Assembly: GCA_963675755.2 (NCBI GenBank)
Contig: CAXXMD010000003.1
Location: forward strand, 2,656,001-2,720,000
Origin: a bacterium
GTDB taxonomy: Bacteria; Zhuqueibacterota; Zhuqueibacteria; Residuimicrobiales; Krinioviventaceae
Reading direction: 5' to 3'
DNA length: 64,000 nt
The stretch's first letter is position 1; each line of letters begins with the position of its first letter. Made by a program: the position numbers and the translations under genes. The notes under the pieces are model-generated. The model was not told the origin of the DNA, ran no database searches, and saw only the letters and a list, made by a program, of their open reading frames with translations. Positions 1 through 10,094 of the stretch are shown here, one piece after another.

Positions 1-58
1 GTAATGCTTTGGAACTATTTTTTCTGCCCCTTTATTTATTTACTCGCTAGTATCAGGT

Positions 59-1333
59 TCATCCTTTAATCAAGGTTATGTATGCCCATGGTTTCAACTC
101 GATTTCTAAAGTCTTCCCCTCAATACTGAACGGTTTGTTGCTGAATACCTCAGTATACTCGCCCTTGATCCCGCGGGTGTTTATGGATAGCTTTTGTTTT
201 TCGGGGGACAGGTTGATGGCAATCAAAGCCGTCTCTTGCTGGAATTTACGAGTAAATAAAAGTATGGGTCCATGAGATTTATAGCTGATCTCACCGGCGT
301 GCAGGGCCGGGGTTTCTCCATACAACTGCACAAGTTTTTGATAAAATTCCGTGAATGGGCTTTCCTGCCAGGGGATTTCGTCCTTGTCAAAGAATTTCAG
401 TTTTCTTTTACTTCCCACTTCTTGTCCATTGTAAATTAGAGGCGTTCCGTGCAGCGTAAAACAGAGCACAGCAAAAGCCTTTGCTGCTTTTGTTCCCAAC
501 CGGGTGACTGCAGGATCCACCCACGAGTTTTCATCGTGATTACTGGTAAAGCGCATGCGCATTGATCCTGCTGGGTATTCAGCTTTTTCCCGTTTCAGCA
601 TGGGCACAATAGCGGAAACAGGACGTTTGCCTTTGGCAATAGCGTTAAACAGCCAGTAGAGTTTGGTAGAATAGGTCATGTGGAATCCACAGCGGTGCAG
701 CCAGGGCAGATCAGACTCCGCCAGCATCAATACCGGTTTGATTTTTTGGATTTCAGCAATAGCCTCGCGCCAGAAAAAGTCGGGTACAAAATGCGCAACA
801 TCGCAGCGATAGCCGTCTATGTCAAATTCGTTAATCCAGTATTTCATCATGTCTGTAATGTATCTGCGTAGTTCAGGCTGATCATAGTCCAGTTTGGCTG
901 TGTCTGTCCATTCCGGGTGACCCGGGAGAATATCTCCTTTTTTATTATGCTTGTACCATTCCGGATGAGTAGATAGCATATTGCTGTCCCAGGCGGTATG
1001 ATTCACCACCAGATCGAGCATGACTTTCATACCCAGTTTGTGTATTTGTTGGACCAGTTTTTTAAAGTCCGTTTTGCTGCCAAACTCGGGATTGATTCCA
1101 TAATAATCGCTGATTGCATAATAACTGCCGAGTTTGCCTTTGCGGTCTACCTGGCCAATGGGATGGATGGGCATGAACCAGAGAATTTTTACACCCAGCT
1201 TTTGTAATCTGGGCAGGTGTTTGGCAAAAGCCTTGAATGTGCCTTCAGGGGTAAACTGACGTGTGTTTACCTGATATATAACCGCACCGGTGCTCCATGA
1301 AGGGGGCAGTGAGGTTTGGATCGAGTCTTTCAT
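59..1333 (-). CDS. GH13 alpha-amylase family glycoside hydrolase
   Basis: Conserved GH13 regions DLVVNH, DGYRCDVA (nucleophile), LAE (acid/base) and FTSNHDE. Confidence 0.9.
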   Translation of the reverse strand: MKDSIQTSLPPSWSTGAVIYQVNTRQFTPEGTFKAFAKHLPRLQKLGVKILWFMPIHPIGQVDRKGKLGSYYAISDYYGINPEFGSKTDFKKLVQQIHKLGMKVMLDLVVNHTAWDSNMLSTHPEWYKHNKKGDILPGHPEWTDTAKLDYDQPELRRYITDMMKYWINEFDIDGYRCDVAHFVPDFFWREAIAEIQKIKPVLMLAESDLPWLHRCGFHMTYSTKLYWLFNAIAKGKRPVSAIVPMLKREKAEYPAGSMRMRFTSNHDENSWVDPAVTRLGTKAAKAFAVLCFTLHGTPLIYNGQEVGSKRKLKFFDKDEIPWQESPFTEFYQKLVQLYGETPALHAGEISYKSHGPILLFTRKFQQETALIAINLSPEKQKLSINTRGIKGEYTEVFSNKPFSIEGKTLEIELKPWAYITLIKG

Positions 1334-1339
1334 AGATTG

Positions 1340-2164
1340 CTAATCTTTCAGGTTGTTTTCATTCTGGATGCCGGTTACCCATTCTACATCATGTTCACGG
1401 TTATGTTTAATGCATCCCAATTTATAGATACGACATTTATATTCCAGTATTTTTTGTGTTGCCTCTTTCTGTTCAGCACTCAATATACCATTTTTTAAAA
1501 TATTATTCAATGCAATGATACGATATTTATCGAGACTGTGTTGCTGAGAAAGCTGGGGCCAGTCACCAGATTGTTTGACAATCATGCGTTCAGGTATATA
1601 TAAAATCGGTAGTTGAGCGCTAATGCGAAGCCAAATGTCGTAATCTTCGCAGGCGGGCAGAGATTCGTCAAATTTGCCAAGAATCTCAAATACAGATCGA
1701 TGGATAATAACAGAAGATGCACTGATAATGCACAGTGGCAGGCATTTTTCGTAAATATCCCCCGAGTATTTTTGATGGATTTTTTTCTGGTTTTTCCATT
1801 TACCGTTTTTACGCCATTCTTCATCCGTATAACAAATACGATAATCAGGATACTGTTCCAGCTCTTGTACTTGTCGTAATAGCTTTTTACGGTGCCAGAG
1901 GTCATCCGAATCGAGAAACGCGATCCAATCATTCGAGGCGTTTTTAATTCCTGTATTGCGTGCTGCAGAGATGCCGAGGTTTTCCTGGCGAATATAACGG
2001 ATATCTTGAAGAAACGGGGTCAGACGTTTTTCCGTATCGTCTGTTGAACCATCATCAATGACGAGGATTTCATCCGCTTGTCTCTTTTGATTGAGAATGG
2101 ATTCAAGCGCAGCGTATGCAAAATCAGCACGATTAAAAGTTGTAAGAATAGCTGTTATTTTCAT
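1340..2164 (-). CDS. GT2 family glycosyltransferase
   Basis: TTFNR, IDDGSTD, SAARNTG, FLDSDD and CEDYD motifs. Confidence 0.9.
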   Translation of the reverse strand: MKITAILTTFNRADFAYAALESILNQKRQADEILVIDDGSTDDTEKRLTPFLQDIRYIRQENLGISAARNTGIKNASNDWIAFLDSDDLWHRKKLLRQVQELEQYPDYRICYTDEEWRKNGKWKNQKKIHQKYSGDIYEKCLPLCIISASSVIIHRSVFEILGKFDESLPACEDYDIWLRISAQLPILYIPERMIVKQSGDWPQLSQQHSLDKYRIIALNNILKNGILSAEQKEATQKILEYKCRIYKLGCIKHNREHDVEWVTGIQNENNLKD

Positions 2165-2313
2165 TGTACAGTATTGATCGGTTTATGTACCTGTGGGTAC
2201 AATGTTCTAATTGTATTGAATTTGTAACATGTTGTAAAATATATGGTTGTCTATGCTCGGTCGTTTTGGTATTGCTCTTGCTATATATCAAGTATAAGCA
2301 AAAGGAGACAAAA

Positions 2314-2832
2314 ATGAAAACAAAATATCTGATTATTACGTGTTTACTGCTATTGCTGATGGATGTTTCCTCCGCACAAATTCTCAGACCCGGTCGTCGT
2401 CATCCGGCCAGGCGTGCAATACCTCAGGTACAGCAGCCCATGCTGGGAGTTTATGGCGGGCAGAATTTTGAATATGAGCAATCCCTGGCAGGCGCACATT
2501 TGTGGCTGCCAATTGGAGTTTTTTGGAATTTTGTACCGGGATTCAATTATCATTTTACTGATGAGACCGATCCTTTTGAACACTGGCAGTTTAACGGAGA
2601 TCTGGTATTTAAACCACGACCCCGTGGCATGTTTTATTTTGGAGGTGGGTTTGCCGCTGATTACCGTCTACCCAAAGTAGGAGGATCAATGACCAAAATG
2701 GGAGGCAGTGCCCTGACAGGCTTTATGTTTGGACAAAGATTGCCTTTAAAAGTATTTGTACAAGCCAGATGGACCTTTATGGAAGAAGCAGAGTTGAGTG
2801 TGGTGGGCGGTTTAAATCTGGCATTGAGATAA
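2314..2832 (+). CDS. Hypothetical exported protein, probable small outer-membrane beta-barrel
   Basis: AAGGAG RBS before ATG 2314 (the ORF track starts upstream at 2164); signal peptide MKTKYLIITCLLLLLMDVSSA; alternating aromatic/Gly beta-strand pattern. Confidence 0.6.
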   Translation: MKTKYLIITCLLLLLMDVSSAQILRPGRRHPARRAIPQVQQPMLGVYGGQNFEYEQSLAGAHLWLPIGVFWNFVPGFNYHFTDETDPFEHWQFNGDLVFKPRPRGMFYFGGGFAADYRLPKVGGSMTKMGGSALTGFMFGQRLPLKVFVQARWTFMEEAELSVVGGLNLALR

Positions 2833-2850
2833 CCCAAACCGGTTATCAGA

Positions 2851-2881
2851 AAAACGCCCGGCAAAAACCGGACGTTTTTTT
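2851..2881. terminator. Bidirectional intrinsic terminator between convergent genes
   Basis: AAAACGCCCGG-caaaaa-CCGGACGTTTT stem (one mismatch) with A and T tails. Confidence 0.65.
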
Positions 2882-3704
2882 AATGTGCAAATATAACCAG
2901 AACAAAACTGATTGCCGTAAGAACCGCAAGCAGTATACCAAATTGACGATGGTGCTGGTTTTCCAGTCCCTGTTCGTGAAATCCAACCCACATGGCAGTC
3001 AGGTAACCGCCAATAAATCCACCGGCATGCGCATAATTGTTAACGGCAGACATCATGAACCCAAACATAAACAGGATGATGGCCCACATACCCACTTGGC
3101 GGTAAATGGCTGATCCAAATGTTCCACCGCGTTTACGTCCATAATAAACCAAAGCGCCTAATAATCCAAAAATAGAACCGGATGCACCAATTGTAAAAGC
3201 AATGCCAAACATGAACGATGCAACAAAGCCTACCACACCGGATAGTGTGAAAATGATAAAGGTACGATACGTTCCAAACAGGTCTTCAACCATGGCACCC
3301 AGTTGTCTGAGCCACAACATATTGAAAAGTATATGTAAAATTCCGGAATGTAAATAGATAGCGGTAATAAGCGTCCACCATCGTCCGTGAGCAATGGCGT
3401 ATTGCCCGGTCATGCCCAGTCGGTCCAGTGCTTGTCCACTGGGTGCAAGCAGACCAAAGAGTCCGCGAGTTTGCAATATAGCACCCGGATCAATCAGTAT
3501 CGCGATTATATATAATATAATATTGACAGTTACAATGGTAGAAATCAATCCATTAAAACTGTTCAAAAGTTTGTTGATTGAAGGGCCGTATCCCCACAAG
3601 CCCGGATTTTTTCTTCCGCAATTGTAACATTCTTTGGAATTGGCAGAGATCAGCTTGCCGCAGCTGGGGCAAACCATAGAGCCCGTCTTTTTTCTTTCTA
3701 TCAT
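2880..3704 (-). CDS. Rhomboid intramembrane serine protease with N-terminal zinc ribbon
   Basis: WWTLITAIYLH..HILFN, GASG (Ser), AHAGG (His); N-terminal CPSC-x11-CYNC. Confidence 0.9.
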   Translation of the reverse strand: MIERKKTGSMVCPSCGKLISANSKECYNCGRKNPGLWGYGPSINKLLNSFNGLISTIVTVNIILYIIAILIDPGAILQTRGLFGLLAPSGQALDRLGMTGQYAIAHGRWWTLITAIYLHSGILHILFNMLWLRQLGAMVEDLFGTYRTFIIFTLSGVVGFVASFMFGIAFTIGASGSIFGLLGALVYYGRKRGGTFGSAIYRQVGMWAIILFMFGFMMSAVNNYAHAGGFIGGYLTAMWVGFHEQGLENQHHRQFGILLAVLTAISFVLVIFAH

Positions 3705-3800
3705 TTGATTTTCCTGGTTCCTGTCTTGTCGAATTCATTTTATTTAATATAATAATCCTTAACGATAAAATAAACAAAGAGTTTTAATTAGATATTTCGC

Positions 3801-3829
3801 TTGCAAAAACACAAGCGAACCTTTATATT
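3801..3829 (+). promoter_or_regulatory. sigma70-like promoter of the ychF-carotenoid run
   Basis: TTGCAA-17 nt-TATATT, 38 nt upstream of the ychF ATG. Confidence 0.5.
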
Positions 3830-3867
3830 TAGCCATAACAAAGTAATGATTTAATACAGGAATATTT

Positions 3868-4956
3868 ATGAAGATTGGAATTGTAGGTTTGCCGTTGTCC
3901 GGGAAAACGGCCTTGTTTAATGCCCTGACAGGTTCTACGATAGATACCGGCTTTTCAGGTGGTAAAAGTGAAGCACACCAGGCCATTGTACAGGTACCGG
4001 ATGAGCGCATTGAAAAATTGAATGAAATATTTGAACCCAAGAAAAAGACCCCGGCAATTATCGATTATATCGATTTGTCAGGCATGAGTGGATCTGAGCA
4101 AAAAAAAGGCGGATTCAGTGATAGCTTTTTGGGCCAGCTTCGTACAGTAGATGCTATACTTGTGGTACTACGAGCGTTTGAAGATGAAAATATACCCCAT
4201 CCGCAAAATTCAGTCAATCCGGTTCGGGATTATGGAATTGTTGAATCTGAATTTATGTTAAGTGATTTATCGATCATTGAAAACCGTATGCAGCGGTTGC
4301 AAAGACAGCTCAAAGCCAAAAAGAATGATCAGGATGTACGCGAACTGGCACTGCTGGAAAAATGTCAGCAATCCCTTGAAGAAGAAAAGCCATTGCGATC
4401 TTTGGAAATGACCACGGATGAAGAAATGATGGTACGTGGTTACCAGTTTTTGACCCAAAAACCTTTGATTGTTGTGGCCAATATTGGTGAAGATGATATC
4501 GCCAATGAAGAAAAAATCATTGATCCGATCAAAGCCGTTATGGCCGATAGTAAATCAACCATTGTTGCGGTTTCTGCTCAAATTGAGATGGAGATCCAAC
4601 AGTTGTCTGATGAAGAAGCCGAGAGTTTTCGAAATGATCTGGGTATCACCGATTCGGCGATGGAAAAACTGATCCGTACTTCGTATGATTTGCTGGGTTT
4701 GATATCCTTTTTAACTGCCGGCACTGATGAAGTGAGAGCATGGACGATCCGGGACGGAGAATTGGCGCCGCAGGCAGCGGGAGCGATTCATACGGATATT
4801 GAACGCGGTTTTATTCGCGCGGAAATCGTCCATTATGATGATTTTATCAAGCACGGTACTATGGCCAAATGTAAAACCGAAGGTCTGGTGCGGCTGGAAG
4901 GTAAAGAATATGTTGTTAAAGACGGGGATATTATCAATTTCAGGTTTGCGGTATAA
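3868..4956 (+). CDS. ychF: Redox-regulated ribosome-binding ATPase YchF
   Basis: GIVGLP.SGKT P-loop, VPDER, AGAIHTD, GFIRAE, RLEGKEYVVKDGD, C-terminal FRFAV. Confidence 0.95.
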   Translation: MKIGIVGLPLSGKTALFNALTGSTIDTGFSGGKSEAHQAIVQVPDERIEKLNEIFEPKKKTPAIIDYIDLSGMSGSEQKKGGFSDSFLGQLRTVDAILVVLRAFEDENIPHPQNSVNPVRDYGIVESEFMLSDLSIIENRMQRLQRQLKAKKNDQDVRELALLEKCQQSLEEEKPLRSLEMTTDEEMMVRGYQFLTQKPLIVVANIGEDDIANEEKIIDPIKAVMADSKSTIVAVSAQIEMEIQQLSDEEAESFRNDLGITDSAMEKLIRTSYDLLGLISFLTAGTDEVRAWTIRDGELAPQAAGAIHTDIERGFIRAEIVHYDDFIKHGTMAKCKTEGLVRLEGKEYVVKDGDIINFRFAV

Positions 4957-5503
4957 TAGGTACCCTTGGGGTTTTTCTGTTTTTATAGTAATTTTTTTAT
5001 TTTTTAATTTATCTTGGCCCGCTGAAACAGGCGGGTCTTTGCTTGAAGAGGGCCGCCAGCTTTTTTATAAAAGCGTGGATAAAGAATCGTATATTGATCA
5101 GGCTATTGCTGTATTCGAACAGTTGCAACAGGATCAGGATAACGGCCTTGCTTTAACATATATTGGGGCTTTGACCGCACTTCGCGGCAAGCACGCATTT
5201 CTCCCACAAAACAAGCTAAAATGGACAAACAAGGGACTGGACATTATGGATAAAGGCATTGAAACCAGTCCTGAAAATATTGAAGCATTGTTTATACACA
5301 GTTCTACCTGTTATTATCTGCCTTTTTTCTTTCATCGCGCAGACCAGGCACAGGAGAATTTTAAAAAGATTTTGCAGTTGATGCCTGATCATAGGCAGGA
5401 TTATGATCCAGAGATGATCCAAAATGTTCTCAAGTTCATTCAAGAGAATGGAGAATTGGATGAAAAGGATCAAGAAATGATTGATGGGATGTTGGACCAA
5501 TGA
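4946..5503 (+). CDS. Exported helical (TPR-like) hypothetical protein at the head of the carotenoid cluster
   Basis: Probable TTG start at 4946 overlapping the ychF end; hydrophobic N-terminus; helical repeats; stop overlaps the next ATG (ATGA). Confidence 0.6.
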   Translation: MRYNRYPWGFSVFIVIFLFFNLSWPAETGGSLLEEGRQLFYKSVDKESYIDQAIAVFEQLQQDQDNGLALTYIGALTALRGKHAFLPQNKLKWTNKGLDIMDKGIETSPENIEALFIHSSTCYYLPFFFHRADQAQENFKKILQLMPDHRQDYDPEMIQNVLKFIQENGELDEKDQEMIDGMLDQ

Positions 5504-6186
5504 AGTTTGAGTATTTGCTATTTAATCTAATAATTCTTACCGGTCCAATTGTTTTTAGTTTTGATAAAACGGTAGTCTATTATAAAAACTGGGTGCGTGC
5601 ATTGTTTGCAACATTGCTGTCCCTTGTCCCGTTCATTATTTGGGATATTTGGGTAACGGGAAAACACTGGCATTTTAATACTCAATATACAACAGATTTG
5701 AGAATTTTAGGCTTGCCGCCAGGTGAGTGGTTGTTTTTTATAACCGTACCTTTTGCCTGTTTGTTTATTTGGGAGATTTTGAGCACAAAAAATAATGCAA
5801 ACGTTTTTTTCAAGATACCGGTTAAAATAGTTGCTCCTATACTGCTTGCTTTAATTGTTGTATTTTTTGTTACTAAAAAAGAATATACTTTTTTAGTTTT
5901 TACCTCTTTGTTAATCGTCATACTACTTGATCAGATACTGGAGACAAATTTGCTGTTTCAACAAAAAACGATACGATTATTGTTGATTGTTACCGGATTG
6001 ATTCTGATATTTAATGGATACCTGACTGCACGACCTGTTGTTTTATATGATGATACTGTGAATCTGGGTGTGAGAATTTTTACAATTCCACTGGAAGATT
6101 TTTTTTATGGAATATCTCATGTTTTGTTAACGGTTATTTTCTATGAAAGGTTGGAGAGGTTTTCATGGAAAAAACAGTTTCTGTGA
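5500..6186 (+). CDS. Membrane lycopene cyclase (fused CrtYc/Yd-type, two lycopene-cyclase domains)
   Basis: Duplicated WD..G.W.F..GLPPGEWLFF and FNGYLT..IPLEDFFY motifs; crt gene context. Confidence 0.8.
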   Translation: MKFEYLLFNLIILTGPIVFSFDKTVVYYKNWVRALFATLLSLVPFIIWDIWVTGKHWHFNTQYTTDLRILGLPPGEWLFFITVPFACLFIWEILSTKNNANVFFKIPVKIVAPILLALIVVFFVTKKEYTFLVFTSLLIVILLDQILETNLLFQQKTIRLLLIVTGLILIFNGYLTARPVVLYDDTVNLGVRIFTIPLEDFFYGISHVLLTVIFYERLERFSWKKQFL

Positions 6187-7661
6187 TTGGTGGTGGATTA
6201 GGTGGTTTGGCCGGTGCCATTCGATTAGCAAAAAAAGGATTTAACGTCCAATTGTATGAGAAAAACCGGTCTCTTGGTGGTAAAATGAATGAAATCAAAT
6301 CGAACGGTTATCGATTTGATACGGGACCTACCCTTGTAACAATGCCTTTTGTATTAAAAGAATTGTTTGAATTTTCCGGATTTAGTTTTGAAGAATATAT
6401 AAACCTGGTAATGGTTGATCCGATTTGCCGTTATTTTTTTCCGGATGGAGCTGTCTTTGATGCAAGCTCCGATATGAATAAAATGCTGGCTGCCATTGAA
6501 TCCATTTCGCCAGTGGATGTTGAAAACTATAAACGCTTTTATGATTATTCTCAACGCATTTATGATATAACTGCCGATCTTTTCATGTTTTCCGCTTTGC
6601 ATGAACCGGAAACACTCTTGAACCGGCAAACCCTTTTTAAACTCTTAAAAGTTAATCAAATTGATCCCTTTCGTACGGTTGATAAAGCGGTGCGTTCTTT
6701 TTTCAAAGATGAACGTCTTGTGCAGATTTTTAATCGATACAGCACCTACAATGGTTCAAATCCTTTTCAGGCGCCTGCTACGTTAAATATAATACCCTTT
6801 GTTGAATATGGATTGGGAGGATATTATATAAAAGGAGGCTTGTATAGACTTGTTGAAGCCCTTGAGCATATTGCATTACAGATGGGAGTACGGATTTATA
6901 AAGAAATGCCAGTAGAAAGGATTTTTCATAAAAATAATCGAATTTCCGGGATCAAAGTTGATGGTGAAGCCATAGCAAGTGATTATGTGGTTTGCAATGC
7001 AGATGTTGTATATACATATAATCACTTGATTACCGAAAAGCCAAAGATTACCCGAAAAATGAACCGTTTTGAACCTTCTTTGTCCGGTTTGGTTTTTCTC
7101 TGGGGAATGAAAAATGATGAAATGATGTTGAAACATCATAATATATTTTTTTCTGGGTCATATAGAAAAGAATTTATTGATATTTTTGATCGAAAAACTG
7201 CTCCGGATGATCCTACAGTATATATTTCAATCAGCAGCAAGCAGGATGTAGAGCATGCTCCAGCAGGTAAAATGAATGCTTTTATATTGATCAATATGCC
7301 CTACCTGAATAGTAATCAGGATTGGATGCATATTCAAAAAGAAATGAGAAAAAAAATATACAAGAAATTTGAAATGCTGAATATGGATGTAAAAGGCCAA
7401 CTAGAATCTGATAAAGTCATTAATCCACAAATGTTTTATGACATGTATCATAGTAATCGTGGCAGTATATATGGCATTTCTTCAAATAGCAAAAGTATGG
7501 CCTTTAAACGACCGGCAAACAGAAATCGGCAAATTGAGGGACTGTATTTCTGTGGAGGATCTGTCCATCCCGGCGGTGGAGTTCCTCTGGCTTTATTATC
7601 CGGGAAATTGGTGTCAGAATTAATTGTAAAAAAGTCGGGAAAAGAAAAGAGAAGATCATGA
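6165..7661 (+). CDS. Phytoene desaturase-family FAD oxidoreductase, probably a 1-hydroxycarotenoid 3,4-desaturase (CrtD-like)
   Basis: GGGLGGL FAD fold, FDTGP, RYSTYNGSNP, GLYFCGGSVHPGGGVP; second paralogue next to crtI. Confidence 0.75.
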   Translation: MEKTVSVIGGGLGGLAGAIRLAKKGFNVQLYEKNRSLGGKMNEIKSNGYRFDTGPTLVTMPFVLKELFEFSGFSFEEYINLVMVDPICRYFFPDGAVFDASSDMNKMLAAIESISPVDVENYKRFYDYSQRIYDITADLFMFSALHEPETLLNRQTLFKLLKVNQIDPFRTVDKAVRSFFKDERLVQIFNRYSTYNGSNPFQAPATLNIIPFVEYGLGGYYIKGGLYRLVEALEHIALQMGVRIYKEMPVERIFHKNNRISGIKVDGEAIASDYVVCNADVVYTYNHLITEKPKITRKMNRFEPSLSGLVFLWGMKNDEMMLKHHNIFFSGSYRKEFIDIFDRKTAPDDPTVYISISSKQDVEHAPAGKMNAFILINMPYLNSNQDWMHIQKEMRKKIYKKFEMLNMDVKGQLESDKVINPQMFYDMYHSNRGSIYGISSNSKSMAFKRPANRNRQIEGLYFCGGSVHPGGGVPLALLSGKLVSELIVKKSGKEKRRS

Positions 7662-9178
7662 AAAAAATAGCAATCATTGGATCAGGGTTTGGAGGATTGT
7701 CTGCCGCAATACGGTTGCAGGCAAAAGAAGACATTCAGGTAACACTCTTTGAAAAGAATGATAAAGTCGGTGGACACGCATATCCACTTGAACAAGATGG
7801 TTACAAATTTGATATGGGCCCATCACTCATAACAGCGCCGGATATCATTGATGATATCTTTCAATCAGCGGGAAAACGATTGGCAGATTATCTGGATTTG
7901 ATCAAACTTGATCCGTTTTATCGAATTTATTTTCATGATAAAAGTTTTATAGATTACCTCGATGATGCTGGAAAGATGAAACAACAGATGACAAAGTTTA
8001 ACAAACAGGACGCTGCAAGATATGATGAATTTATTCAGGCATCAAAGGCTATTCACGACGTTGTTATTGGACAGGGATTGGGCTCAGTTCCTTTTATGGA
8101 TTGGGGTTCAATGATAAAATTTTTACCTCAAGCACTCAAGTTAAATGCATTACTGCCAACGTTTAACTTTGCTAAAAAGTATTTCAAAGATTTTCGTCAC
8201 CGGTTTGTGTTTTCTTTTCATCCACTTTTTATTGGGGGGAACCCGTTCCGTGCACCTTCTGTTTACCAGATGATACCTTATCTGGAAAAGGAAGGTGGGG
8301 TCTGGTTCACCCAGGGAGGAATGTATTCACTTGTACAAGCATTTGAAACGTTATTTAAAGAATTGGGCGGTGAGGTAAAGACTGGCCTACCCGTTACAAA
8401 AATACAAGTAGAAGATGGTAACGCCACCGGTGTACACACACGTGATGGATTTTTTAAAGCAGATGCAGTTATTTCTAATGCGGATTTTATCCATACATAT
8501 AAAAATCTGATAGGTTCAGAGCATCGAAAAAAATGGACTGATAAAAAACTTTTCAATCTTGATTATTCCATGAGCGCTTTTTTGCTTTATCTGGGTGTGC
8601 GAAAACAATACCCGGAATTAAAACATCACACACTGATTTTATCTGAGCGTTACAAACCATTGATTACGGATATTTTTGACAAAAAGATATTACCCGATGA
8701 TTTTTCAATGTATTTACATGTACCAACAAAAACGGATCTCCAAATGGCGCCTGCCGGTTGTGAGAGCATGTATGTTCTGATCCCGGTAACCAATCTACAA
8801 GGTAATGTCGATTGGAATGCACAGGGAGAATTGTTTAAAAATAAAGTGTTGGCATTTCTGGAAAATGATTTTGGTTTAACCGGATTACGTGAAAATCTTG
8901 AGGTGTGCAGTATGTTCACACCGGCTGATTTTCAGGAAACGCGTAATAATTACTGGGGAAGCGCTTGGGGAGTAGAGCCCAGGTTGTCACAAACTGCTAT
9001 ATTTAGACCGCATAATCGTTGTAGTGATATAAAAGGGCTTTATCTTGTTGGTGCAAGTACGCACCCGGGAGCGGGTTTGCCCGGTGTAATGCTTACAGCA
9101 AAAACAACCGAAAGAATTATTCTTGATGATTTCAAGCGTGGTTATTTGCAAGCTGCAAGAGAGGTGAAATATGGATAA
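7658..9178 (+). CDS. crtI: Phytoene desaturase
   Basis: GSGFGGL, FDMGP, FSFHPLFIGGNP, DFSMYLHVP, YLVGASTHPGAGLPGV. Confidence 0.9.
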   Translation: MKKIAIIGSGFGGLSAAIRLQAKEDIQVTLFEKNDKVGGHAYPLEQDGYKFDMGPSLITAPDIIDDIFQSAGKRLADYLDLIKLDPFYRIYFHDKSFIDYLDDAGKMKQQMTKFNKQDAARYDEFIQASKAIHDVVIGQGLGSVPFMDWGSMIKFLPQALKLNALLPTFNFAKKYFKDFRHRFVFSFHPLFIGGNPFRAPSVYQMIPYLEKEGGVWFTQGGMYSLVQAFETLFKELGGEVKTGLPVTKIQVEDGNATGVHTRDGFFKADAVISNADFIHTYKNLIGSEHRKKWTDKKLFNLDYSMSAFLLYLGVRKQYPELKHHTLILSERYKPLITDIFDKKILPDDFSMYLHVPTKTDLQMAPAGCESMYVLIPVTNLQGNVDWNAQGELFKNKVLAFLENDFGLTGLRENLEVCSMFTPADFQETRNNYWGSAWGVEPRLSQTAIFRPHNRCSDIKGLYLVGASTHPGAGLPGVMLTAKTTERIILDDFKRGYLQAAREVKYG

Positions 9179-10094
9179 AAATACTGTTAAACAGCATTAT
9201 TCTTCTTTTATGTATGCAAAACATTTGACTGCCGAGTATTCAAAGAGTTTTTATATTTCTACAAGATTACTACCGAAACGAAAACAATGGCCTGTTTTTT
9301 CTTTGTATGGCTTTTGCAGACATGCTGATAATTTGATTGATAATCCCCGTGACCGTGCTCCTAAAGAAGTATTAAAAGAGATAAAAAATTTAAACAAAGA
9401 GTTGAGAATTGCTTACCGGACGGGTGAATCTGAACATCCTGTGCTTTCTTCTTTTATTATTGTTGCAAAGTATTTCAATATCGACAGAAAATATCCCAAA
9501 GAATTAATACGAGGAGTCATAATGGACTTGAAAAAAAAACGTTATGAAACATTTGACGATCTGTATTTATTCTGCTATCGGGTGGCTGGTGTTGTTGGTC
9601 TCATGATGACATCTATTTTGGGATACAAAGATGAAAAAGCATTGATTTATGCTGAAAAGCTGGGAATTGCCATGCAATTAACCAATATTTTGCGTGATAT
9701 TCAAGAAGATAAAGATATGGGGCGTATTTATTTACCAAAATCCGAGATGTCTGATTTTGGTATAACTGAACAGGATATTCTTGATGAACACATGTCTCCT
9801 AAAATGCATGATTTTATAAAATTTCAAGTTGAACGCGCTCACCGGTATTATGATGAAGCACAACCCGGTATTCAGATGCTTGAACCGGATACAAGGTTTG
9901 CGATTCAATCTGCAAGTCTCATATATCGCGGGATTTTAAGAAAAATCGAAGAACGTGATTATAATCCGTTTTTAGGAAGAGTTTATGTTCCTCAATCCCG
10001 GAAACTGAACATATTGCTACGTGAAGTTATTCGTTCAAAAATTCAAATGGCCAATGAAAAATTGCGTCTTGCAACCTTTAGTGTGGGCTTTTAA
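9171..10094 (+). CDS. crtB: Phytoene synthase
   Basis: SKSFY, YGFCR.AD, YRVAGVVG, LGIAMQLTNILRDIQED..GRIYLP. Confidence 0.93.
   Translation: MDKNTVKQHYSSFMYAKHLTAEYSKSFYISTRLLPKRKQWPVFSLYGFCRHADNLIDNPRDRAPKEVLKEIKNLNKELRIAYRTGESEHPVLSSFIIVAKYFNIDRKYPKELIRGVIMDLKKKRYETFDDLYLFCYRVAGVVGLMMTSILGYKDEKALIYAEKLGIAMQLTNILRDIQEDKDMGRIYLPKSEMSDFGITEQDILDEHMSPKMHDFIKFQVERAHRYYDEAQPGIQMLEPDTRFAIQSASLIYRGILRKIEERDYNPFLGRVYVPQSRKLNILLREVIRSKIQMANEKLRLATFSVGF

Noticed and set aside
4799-4945. Long 5' extension of the TPR-like ORF overlapping ychF
   Set aside because: Lies within the conserved ychF C-terminus; the signal-like segment begins only after 4946
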